From a virus (taxonomy: Duplodnaviria; Heunggongvirae; Uroviricota; Caudoviricetes): DNA of 5,621 nucleotides. Made by a program: the position numbers and the translations under genes. Location of the stretch: IMG/VR virus record IMGVR_UViG_2563366946_000003; one strand, 5' to 3'. Position 1 is the first letter of the stretch; each line of letters begins with the position of its first letter. Positions 1 to 5,551 of this stretch are shown here, piece after piece. The notes under the pieces are model-generated. The model was not told where the DNA came from. It searched no databases and was given only the letters and a program-made list of their open reading frames with translations.

Positions 1-77
1 GAGTCTTGAGTCTTGAGTCTTGAGTCTTGAGTCTTGAGTCTTGAGTCTTGAGTCTTGAGTCTTGAGTCTTGAGTCTT
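1..77. repeat. Perfect tandem heptanucleotide repeat (GAGTCTT)x11, beginning at the window edge so the array may be longer
   Basis: Direct reading: 11 uninterrupted GAGTCTT units at 1-77, followed by AAC. The plus strand has TGA in every frame; the minus strand (AAGACTC)n has no stop in any frame. Confidence 0.95.
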
Positions 78-235
78 AACATATTAGTATCCTACGTTAT
101 TTTACCACTAGTTACTTTTCTTGTCATTAAAAAGCATTTAAATTTTTATATTTAATTTCGTTGACGTCAATGTTTTTTGCCAATGTACTTACTTCTTTAT
201 GTGATCAGTTCATATTTTTGACGCCAACGAAACAT

Positions 236-1207
236 TTAGTGCTTCCCTTCTATTAAGTCTAACCTAGCTTTTATTCTTTCTATTTCTCTGCGCTGCCATG
301 CTGCCTCGATATAGAATAAGAGATCAGGTCTGACCCCCCATCTAGATCCTGCTGGCGTTATTTCAACGCGCTCAATGATGTCTTCCATTACCATCACTGG
401 ATTATCATCCTCATCAACAATGATGCTCCCGTCATTATCAGTCAGCGGCATTTCCCTTTGGCCAGTAATGACGTCATCATATACTGCGGGATAATCGTCA
501 TAGCAAAGAAAGGCATAGCGGCATGTTGTGCTTTCTTCTTCCATGAGTCCGTGAGAAATAAGAACATCACGAAGTTGCTGCGCGATTACACCATGATGTA
601 TCCTCGCCCCTTCTTCCCCCTTTATAGCGACAGCGTTCAGCCATTTATAAGCGATATACCTGACGTCACCCCAGGCATCCAGCAATGTTTCGTCAGGAGA
701 GACCGGCTCTGTCTTTAATGTTCCGTCACTGGTAGCCACAGGATTGGAGCCAAGATAAACTATCGAGAACCTGTTTCCCGGACCACCAAGAGCATTTACA
801 TTATCAAGATAAGGTTTAACATCTCCGTTCTCAAAAAGATGTTCGAGTGCGTTATATACCGCGCGACGTGGAGTACTGCTTCTGGAACCATGCAACGTTA
901 TCATTGCACCATCTGCTGAAGACGTTGTTTCACCGCCGCTAACGATTAATCTCTGAGCGGTAACATCATCAGACGGTACTTTCTTCGCAATAATGGCGTA
1001 ATTACCCTCAAGTTTGACTTCCGCGCGAACTTGTCCTGATGTACCTGCATGGACAGTCAGTGACTGGACGGCAACATCATCTGTGAAATCAACGGGTACA
1101 GGAACCGTCCTCACGCCTGACGTCGACATAAAAGTAGGAAGCGTTCTGTTAGGAGTGGCTCCGTAGACAAAATCCCTTGAAACAAATTCTTCCTGTTTAA
1201 TTTTCAC
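236..1207 (-). CDS. Phage tail fiber/tailspike-like protein, C-terminal fragment with S74-type intramolecular chaperone (autoproteolytic) domain; 5' end probably truncated by IS629
   Basis: 323-aa ORF with TAA stop at 238-236. The C-terminal half carries the pattern I associate with S74 chaperone domains of tail fibers and endosialidases (ATSDGTLKT ... LDAWGDVRYIAYKW ... ARIHHGVIAQQLRDVL). The annotated start is a GTG only 4 bp from the IS629 left end at 1212, so the true N-terminus is most likely missing. Confidence 0.6.
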   Translation of the reverse strand: MKIKQEEFVSRDFVYGATPNRTLPTFMSTSGVRTVPVPVDFTDDVAVQSLTVHAGTSGQVRAEVKLEGNYAIIAKKVPSDDVTAQRLIVSGGETTSSADGAMITLHGSRSSTPRRAVYNALEHLFENGDVKPYLDNVNALGGPGNRFSIVYLGSNPVATSDGTLKTEPVSPDETLLDAWGDVRYIAYKWLNAVAIKGEEGARIHHGVIAQQLRDVLISHGLMEEESTTCRYAFLCYDDYPAVYDDVITGQREMPLTDNDGSIIVDEDDNPVMVMEDIIERVEITPAGSRWGVRPDLLFYIEAAWQRREIERIKARLDLIEGKH

Positions 1208-1211
1208 CCTG

Positions 1212-1236
1212 TGAACCGCCCCGGGAATCCTGGAGA
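1212..1236. repeat. IS629 left terminal inverted repeat (IRL)
   Basis: TGAACCGCCCCGGGAATCCTGGAGA matches the reverse complement of 2497-2521 at 23 of 25 positions. Confidence 0.8.
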
Positions 1237-1265
1237 CTAAACTTCCTGAGAAAGAGGTAAACAGG

Positions 1266-1592
1266 ATGACTAAAAATACTCGTTTTTCCCCCGAAGTCCG
1301 TCAACGGGCAGTCCGTATGGTTCTGGAAAGTCAGAGCGAATATGACTCACAATGGGCGACAATTTGTTCCATTGCTCCAAAGATTGGCTGTACGCCGGAG
1401 ACTCTGCGTGTCTGGGTTCGCCAGCATGAGCGGGATACCGGGGGCGGTGATGGAGGGCTCACCACCGCTGAACGTCAGCGTCTGAAAGAGCTGGAACGTG
1501 AAAAGCGTGAACTGCGCCGCAGTAACGATATCCTTCGCCAGGCTTCCGCTTATTTTGCGAAGGCGGAGTTCGACCGCCTCTGGAAAAAATGA
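1266..1592 (+). CDS. IS629 OrfA (IS3-family transposase N-terminal HTH/leucine-zipper subunit)
   Basis: 108 aa, [50 protein letters not shown]..., ATG 54 bp inside IRL. The heptad-like [24 protein letters not shown] stretch is typical of IS3 OrfA. Confidence 0.93.
   Translation: MTKNTRFSPEVRQRAVRMVLESQSEYDSQWATICSIAPKIGCTPETLRVWVRQHERDTGGGDGGLTTAERQRLKELEREKRELRRSNDILRQASAYFAKAEFDRLWKK
1581..1592 (+). other. Probable programmed -1 ribosomal frameshift window (A6 run) joining OrfA and OrfB into the OrfAB transposase
   Basis: TGG AAA AAA TGA at the OrfA end; the OrfB ATG (1589-1591) is in the -1 frame and overlaps the A-run. IS3-family elements characteristically make OrfAB this way. Confidence 0.5.
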
Positions 1593-2479
1593 TGCCACTG
1601 CTGGATAAGCTGCGTGAGCAGTACGGGGTCGGACCGCTATGCAGCGAACTGCATATTGCCCCGTCAACGTATTACCACTGTCAGCAACAGCGACATCATC
1701 CGGATAAACGCAGTGCCCGTGCGCAGCGCGATGACTGGCTGAAGAAAGAGATACAGCGCGTATACGATGAAAATCACAAGGTATACGGTGTGCGTAAAGT
1801 CTGGCGTCAGTTGTTACGGGAAGGTATCAGAGTGGCCAGATGCACTGTGGCACGTCTCATGGCGGTTATGGGACTTGCCGGTGTTCTCCGGGGTAAAAAG
1901 GTCCGTACGACCATCAGCCGGAAAGCCGTTGCCGCAGGCGACCGCGTAAACCGTCAGTTCGTGGCAGAACGACCTGACCAGCTGTGGGTGGCTGATTTTA
2001 CTTACGTCAGCACATGGCGGGGCTTCGTCTATGTGGCGTTCATCATTGATGTGTTTGCCGGATACATCGTGGGGTGGCGGGTCTCATCGTCCATGGAAAC
2101 GACATTCGTGCTGGATGCACTGGAGCAGGCGTTATGGGCCCGTCGACCGTCCGGCACGGTCCATCACAGTGATAAAGGTTCTCAGTATGTATCGCTGGCC
2201 TACACACAGCGGCTTAAGGAAGCCGGATTACTGGCATCAACAGGAAGTACAGGCGACTCGTATGACAACGCGATGGCGGAGAGCATCAATGGTCTTTACA
2301 AAGCGGAGGTAATACACCGTAAGAGCTGGAAAAACCGTGCAGAAGTGGAACTGGCCACACTCACGTGGGTGGACTGGTATAACAATCGACGATTGCTGGA
2401 AAGGCTGGGCCATACTCCTCCGGCAGAAGCAGAAAAAGCTTATTATGCTTCCATCGGAAACGATGATCTGGCAGCCTGA
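1589..2479 (+). CDS. IS629 OrfB (IS3-family transposase catalytic DDE domain)
   Basis: 296 aa in the -1 frame relative to OrfA. DDE-type core visible (WVADFTYV ... HHSDKGSQY ... [11 protein letters not shown]). Confidence 0.93.
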   Translation: MMPLLDKLREQYGVGPLCSELHIAPSTYYHCQQQRHHPDKRSARAQRDDWLKKEIQRVYDENHKVYGVRKVWRQLLREGIRVARCTVARLMAVMGLAGVLRGKKVRTTISRKAVAAGDRVNRQFVAERPDQLWVADFTYVSTWRGFVYVAFIIDVFAGYIVGWRVSSSMETTFVLDALEQALWARRPSGTVHHSDKGSQYVSLAYTQRLKEAGLLASTGSTGDSYDNAMAESINGLYKAEVIHRKSWKNRAEVELATLTWVDWYNNRRLLERLGHTPPAEAEKAYYASIGNDDLAA

Positions 2480-2496
2480 GTTCACAGATAAAACAC

Positions 2497-2521
2497 TCTC
2501 CAGGAAACCCGGGGCGGTTCA
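2497..2521. repeat. IS629 right terminal inverted repeat (IRR)
   Basis: Reverse complement reads TGAACCGCCCCGGGTTTCCTGGAGA, matching IRL at 23 of 25 positions. Confidence 0.8.
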
Positions 2522-2776
2522 TCTAAAATTGCTATACTATTCATGTTGGTTTTTCTCCACGGATTTACCGACAACCGAAGCCCTGACTGTTCCAGCAGTT
2601 GGGGCTTCACTGTTTTGATTTCTTTGCCGCATCAAGCATCACTTCTGAAAACGTGCGCTTGCCACTGAATACTCTTTCTCTTCTCAATTTTTCGTTCGTG
2701 CCAAATGATTCGCCATGAACAAAATTTGGTCTTAAAATGGTAATCGCAATCTCTTTGACTACTGCATCCAAGCGAA

Positions 2777-2929
2777 TCACACCGTTACCCCCTCTCTCTT
2801 CAGGCTGTCTATCAGGCGCTTGATAACCTCTGAGTTAAACGACCTGCACTCTTCCTTTGCCCTGCTACCGATAGCATCCTTTAACGACTGCGGCATCCTT
2901 ACCAAAATCTTACTTATTTCTTTCTCCAT
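2777..2929 (-). CDS. Arc-like ribbon-helix-helix (Arc/MetJ superfamily) transcriptional repressor, 50 aa
   Basis: MEKEISKILVRMPQSLKDAIGSRAKEECRSFNSEVIKRLIDSLKREGVTV; the RSFNSEV...SLKREG region resembles P22 Arc (GRSVNSEIYQRVMESFKKEG, from memory). I chose the ATG at 2929 because GGAGGG sits 4 nt upstream; the track's longer ORF (to 2965) starts at a TTG with no RBS. Confidence 0.7.
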   Translation of the reverse strand: MEKEISKILVRMPQSLKDAIGSRAKEECRSFNSEVIKRLIDSLKREGVTV

Positions 2930-2965
2930 GTTACCCTCCACGCAAACAACTCTTTTCGAATACAA

Positions 2966-2994
2966 AAGATAGCAAAGTGAGTATATCTAGTCAA
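2966..2994 (-). promoter_or_regulatory. Putative sigma70-like promoter for the Arc-like gene
   Basis: On the minus strand, TTGACT (plus 2994-2989), a 17-nt spacer, then TATCTT (plus 2971-2966). The -10 overlaps the left operator arm. Pattern match only. Confidence 0.25.
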
Positions 2995-3020
2995 AATTTT
3001 TTTGCATACACTTTGCTATC
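2968..3020. promoter_or_regulatory. Candidate operator: 12-bp perfect inverted repeat GATAGCAAAGTG (2968-2979) / CACTTTGCTATC (3009-3020), 29-bp spacer, between the divergent RHH genes
   Basis: Exact reverse-complement arms read directly from the sequence. They lie between the two RHH start codons and overlap both putative -10 elements. Confidence 0.45.
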
Positions 3021-3022
3021 AA
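3014..3022 (+). promoter_or_regulatory. Putative extended -10 element (TGcTATCAA) for the Mnt-like/peptidase operon
   Basis: TG-n-TATCAA about 22 nt upstream of the ATG at 3044; overlaps the right operator arm. No convincing -35 found. Confidence 0.2.
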
Positions 3023-3043
3023 ATTGAATACCAAAGGTGTTAT

Positions 3044-3292
3044 ATGGCAAAGGGTGTGTCAATTTCTCCAACTACGGTAAGAATCCCTGAATCTTTACGC
3101 GAGGCTCTTGCTGTCAGAGCATCAAAAAATGGTCGCTCTGTTAACTCCGAGATCGTCATGATTTTGCAAGCCGCGATTGATGAAGATAGGTCGCCAAAGT
3201 CAGTTGAGTCATTTGCTCAGCAAGAAGCTGATAAATTCAAAGAGGCGCTACTTGAGACGCTAAAGACCATGTATGCTAAGGATGAAAAATAA
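3044..3292 (+). CDS. Mnt-like ribbon-helix-helix (Arc/MetJ superfamily) repressor, 82 aa
   Basis: MAKGVSISPTTVRIPESLREALAVRASKNGRSVNSEIVMILQAAIDEDR...LKTMYAKDEK resembles P22 Mnt in length, in the NGRS(V/M)NSE motif and in the C-terminal ...LK(D/T)(L/M)Y(K/A)K tail (from memory). AGGTG lies 6 nt upstream of the ATG at 3044; the track's 14-codon N-terminal extension has no RBS. Confidence 0.75.
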   Translation: MAKGVSISPTTVRIPESLREALAVRASKNGRSVNSEIVMILQAAIDEDRSPKSVESFAQQEADKFKEALLETLKTMYAKDEK

Positions 3293-3828
3293 TGCTGCAC
3301 ACAATTCATTTCTTATGCCCTGTTAACACTGCCACTGTTGGGCAACTTCAGAACCACTGTCTCACCGCATTATCTCAAGGCGCAACTGAATTAAATATCC
3401 ATATATCAAGTCAGGGAGGGGAAACTGCTGCTGGCTTTACTGCGTATAACTTTCTTAAGTCACTCCCTGTTACCGTTAGAACTCACAACATAAGCAATGT
3501 TGAATCCATAGCTAATATCGTTTTCCTGGCTGGCTCAGAACGTTTCGCAAACCCATTATCAAGATTCCTGTTACATCCTCTATTATGGTGCTTTGCCTCC
3601 CCAGCCGCCGACCATGCCAGATTGAGAGAGTACGGGAAATGCCTCGATAACGATCTTGATCGCTTCGTTGAGACGTTCAATATCGACATCGGAACCCATA
3701 TTAGGTGGGCATCCCTGATAGCAGACTCGACCATTTTGGATGCTAACAAGGCTCTTGAGCATGGCATAATTAATTCCATAAAAACTGCAAGGCTGGCATC
3801 CAATCAGGCAAACTGGTGGGTTGTTTGA
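3292..3828 (+). CDS. Stand-alone ClpP-fold (S14-like) serine peptidase, 178 aa, translationally coupled to the Mnt-like gene
   Basis: ISSQGGETAAGFTAYNFL aligns with the ClpP [20 protein letters not shown] motif. By manual alignment the ClpP catalytic Ser and His fall on S72 (NVESIAN) and H95 (SRFLLHP), and the C-terminal ALEHGIINSI resembles ClpP AVEYGLVDSI. Its ATG overlaps the Mnt-like TAA (TAATG at 3290-3294). Confidence 0.75.
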   Translation: MLHTIHFLCPVNTATVGQLQNHCLTALSQGATELNIHISSQGGETAAGFTAYNFLKSLPVTVRTHNISNVESIANIVFLAGSERFANPLSRFLLHPLLWCFASPAADHARLREYGKCLDNDLDRFVETFNIDIGTHIRWASLIADSTILDANKALEHGIINSIKTARLASNQANWWVV

Positions 3829-3852
3829 TGGGTAAATCATGATTACTCCTTA

Positions 3853-3879
3853 TAAAAAACCCACCTGACGGTGGGTTTA
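3853..3879. terminator. Bidirectional rho-independent terminator between the convergent peptidase and YafO-like genes
   Basis: ACCCACC (3859-3865), loop TGAC, GGTGGGT (3870-3876), with A6 upstream and TTT downstream. On the minus strand the hairpin is followed by TTTTTTATA. Confidence 0.6.
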
Positions 3880-4326
3880 GTCAAACATAGTGTTTCTAAA
3901 GTCTCTCGCATACCCTGCTAACACTCTCATTCTATTATGATTGTTAGCAGACATGTGAGCTACAGGATGAAAAAGAGCAATCAATGAATACCTGTTCTCA
4001 TCAAAAAGATTTTGTGCATAAACGAGAGCGGTATTGGATGTTTTATGCCACTGCAACTTTTGCGGTGTGCTGATATCTGTGCCATTTTTTATTGGCTCAA
4101 ATTTATTTTCACCAATTGCTAAATGAAGGTGCATAAGGCCTGCATCTTCAATATCAGGAGGTCGATGATAAGAGGTGTCTCTGCCAAAATAGCTGGGCAA
4201 CGTTCCCGTAGACTTGTAGATGATAAAATCATCTACAAGTGTTTGTTTTAAATCAGGAAACTCAACAAAAACCGGGGAGAAAAAATAGTCAAAACTATCC
4301 TGATTATATTCCACGGTTACTTGCAT
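3877..4326 (-). CDS. YafO-family toxin homologue (type II TA ribosome-dependent mRNA interferase family), 149 aa
   Basis: DDFIIYKSTGTLPSYFGRDTSYH ... MHLHLAIGEN ... ALVYAQNLFDENRYSLIALFHP ... NNHNRM aligns well by eye with E. coli YafO as I recall it (ADFISYKRDGVLPDTFGRDALYD ... AHIHLANEN ... HLVYCQGAFDEQAWLLIAILKP ... DNNQMH). GAGGT RBS lies 5 nt upstream of the ATG. Confidence 0.7.
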   Translation of the reverse strand: MQVTVEYNQDSFDYFFSPVFVEFPDLKQTLVDDFIIYKSTGTLPSYFGRDTSYHRPPDIEDAGLMHLHLAIGENKFEPIKNGTDISTPQKLQWHKTSNTALVYAQNLFDENRYSLIALFHPVAHMSANNHNRMRVLAGYARDFRNTMFD

Positions 4327-4334
4327 GTTTTACC

Positions 4335-4901
4335 TCAGTGGAAGTTACCAGAGTGAAACACACGAGTCCCGTGCTCAGCAAGCGCACGCAAACCAGCCAT
4401 ATCTACGGAACTATCAAAAACAACCGGAACACATGAGCGTTGTTTAATAAGACTATTCAGGTTGGTTACGGCAGATCTGGCATCAGCAACAACGATATAG
4501 ATATCTCTTGCGATCTCTTTAAAATCAGCAGAAGCTTCTTTGAATACCGATTTCATTGCCCCTTCAAGTCCTCTCAATTGATGCTCTATCAATCGAGACT
4601 TTTCTGGTTCAATGATAGACAACACATTGTCTACATTCTCATCGGTAGCGTTTGCAAGAACACGATAAGCGTATTTCAGCATTCGAGACAATTCTTTAAT
4701 CGAAGACACCGCCTCATGAAGCTCATCATTAGCCCGTTCACTGCTGAATGAGGATTGATGGTAAGCGTGCTGAACGTTATCAGTAACAACCACCTCACAA
4801 CTGAACGCAGAAGCTTGCTGTAATAGCAAACCTATTGCGACTCCAGCTTTGGCAGCGTTCAAGCTAAACATTTCATCAATCCCATTAGTCTCATTGCTCA
4901 T
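4335..4901 (-). CDS. Hypothetical 188-aa protein encoded immediately upstream of, and co-operonic with, the YafO-like toxin; family not recognised
   Basis: Start placed at ATG 4901 (MSNETNGIDEMF...) because a perfect AAGGAGG lies 5 nt upstream; the track's TTG start at 4931 lies upstream of that RBS. The TGA stop (4337-4335) is 8 nt from the toxin ATG and overlaps its RBS. Not Phd/YefM/YafN-like in size or sequence. Confidence 0.6.
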   Translation of the reverse strand: MSNETNGIDEMFSLNAAKAGVAIGLLLQQASAFSCEVVVTDNVQHAYHQSSFSSERANDELHEAVSSIKELSRMLKYAYRVLANATDENVDNVLSIIEPEKSRLIEHQLRGLEGAMKSVFKEASADFKEIARDIYIVVADARSAVTNLNSLIKQRSCVPVVFDSSVDMAGLRALAEHGTRVFHSGNFH

Positions 4902-5076
4902 ACAAACCTCCTTCTTATCGGAGATTATCAATAGCTATGCATCCATTGAATACACGCTATGCGCAATAAGTTTACGTCACGTGATATCATTATGCAACCA
5001 CCGTTCTATCACCGACTAACTTTACTCCCACTCCTATACATCATCTGGTATCCTGCGCAAAACTAAGGAGGTTGGT

Positions 5077-5427
5077 GTGAATGCTCAGTCTGTCATCATG
5101 GTTTTCCTTGGGCTGATTGTCGCAAAACTATATCCAGACTGGTGGAAAGGGGCATTAGCTACTGTCGCCATCTATTTGCTTTTATCCATCGTTAAGCGAT
5201 CACTCGCTGAGACCGTAAATCAAGCAAAACGTTTCTCATTTAAGAGTTTAATAAACTATGTTACTGGGCTTATTTTTTGCCTTTCAATTCTGATCGCTTC
5301 GGCTTTTTTGCCCGTATCAATAGCTAATTTTTTTGGCGCACCATATGAGGTAGGTTATCTATTCTCTGTTTCCTGTCTTGCCATTGCTCTTCTTTACCTG
5401 TGGACGAGATCAAAGAATAAAAATTAG
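5077..5427 (+). CDS. Small integral membrane protein, 116 aa, about 4 predicted TM helices; function unknown
   Basis: GTG start at 5077 preceded by AAGGAGG (5064-5070). Four hydrophobic stretches: SVIMVFLGLIVAKLY, ALATVAIYLLLSIV, LINYVTGLIFCLSILIASAFL, GYLFSVSCLAIALLYLW. Confidence 0.6.
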   Translation: MNAQSVIMVFLGLIVAKLYPDWWKGALATVAIYLLLSIVKRSLAETVNQAKRFSFKSLINYVTGLIFCLSILIASAFLPVSIANFFGAPYEVGYLFSVSCLAIALLYLWTRSKNKN

Positions 5428-5551
5428 CCATCCGTGGCTGCCAGTTATTGAGCTTCTTTTTGTGATGCCTGTGCGACTCTGGTGAGCGATTGTGTGACCG
5501 TACTGATCGCTCTGTCATATGCTGTGCTACCTTTTGGCGTATTTGCCAGAC

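Larger units (their letters stand above)
1212..2521 (+). mobile_element. IS629 (IS3 family), complete copy, 1310 bp
   Basis: Starts TGAACCGCCCCGGGAATCCTGGAGA and ends with the reverse complement TCTCCAGGAAACCCGGGGCGGTTCA. Contains overlapping OrfA/OrfB whose proteins I recognise as IS629/IS1203-type transposase. The first 70 bp recur identically at 5552-5621. Confidence 0.93.

Noticed and set aside
1-77. Tandem repeat considered as a CRISPR array
   Set aside because: Units are 7 bp and directly abutting with no spacers; not CRISPR architecture.
458-718. 86-aa plus-strand ORF
   Set aside because: Lies entirely antisense within the tail-fiber-like CDS, has no RBS, and its cysteine- and phenylalanine-rich composition is typical of antisense artefacts.
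1347-1667. 106-aa minus-strand ORF inside IS629
   Set aside because: Antisense to OrfA/OrfB of a well-characterised IS; no known IS629 product on this strand.
1767-2312. Plus-strand ORFs 1767-1949 and 2031-2312 inside OrfB
   Set aside because: Alternative frames nested within the transposase OrfB coding region; Trp/Arg-rich out-of-frame artefacts.
2237-2618. ORFs 2237-2485 (minus) and 2337-2618 (plus) spanning the IS629 right end
   Set aside because: Overlap OrfB and the IRR, have no RBS, and cross the IS boundary, so they are unlikely to be genes.
2577-2620. GAAGCCC ... GGGCTTC hairpin followed by a T-rich tract, a possible terminator
   Set aside because: Stem only 7 bp with a roughly 18-nt loop and an interrupted T-tract; too weak to call, and no upstream plus-strand gene other than the IS needs it.
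2930-2965. N-terminal extension of the Arc-like ORF (track start at 2965)
   Set aside because: That start is TTG without an RBS, whereas the internal ATG at 2929 has GGAGGG 4 nt upstream and gives an Arc-sized 50-aa protein.
3002-3043. N-terminal extension of the Mnt-like ORF (track start at 3002)
   Set aside because: No RBS, and it would place the start inside the operator and promoter region; the ATG at 3044 has an AGGTG RBS.
3483-3840. Minus-strand ORFs 3483-3803 and 3583-3840
   Set aside because: Antisense within the ClpP-fold peptidase gene, which has clear family motifs.
4239-4751. Plus-strand ORFs 4239-4436 and 4440-4751
   Set aside because: Antisense to the 188-aa/YafO-like operon, which has strong RBSs and family similarity.
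4902-4931. Ten-codon N-terminal extension of the 188-aa gene (track start at 4931)
   Set aside because: It starts at TTG and the extension itself contains the AAGGAGG RBS serving the downstream ATG at 4901.
5426-5460. Short hairpin AGCCA-TCCG-TGGCT after the membrane-protein stop, a possible terminator
   Set aside because: Only a 5-bp stem and the T-run (5455-5460) is about 15 nt downstream rather than adjacent.
5324-5518. 64-aa minus-strand ORF (basic, His/Arg-rich)
   Set aside because: Overlaps the 3' third of the better-supported membrane-protein gene on the opposite strand and has no evident RBS. It could be a remnant of a gene disrupted by the second IS629, but there is no positive evidence.
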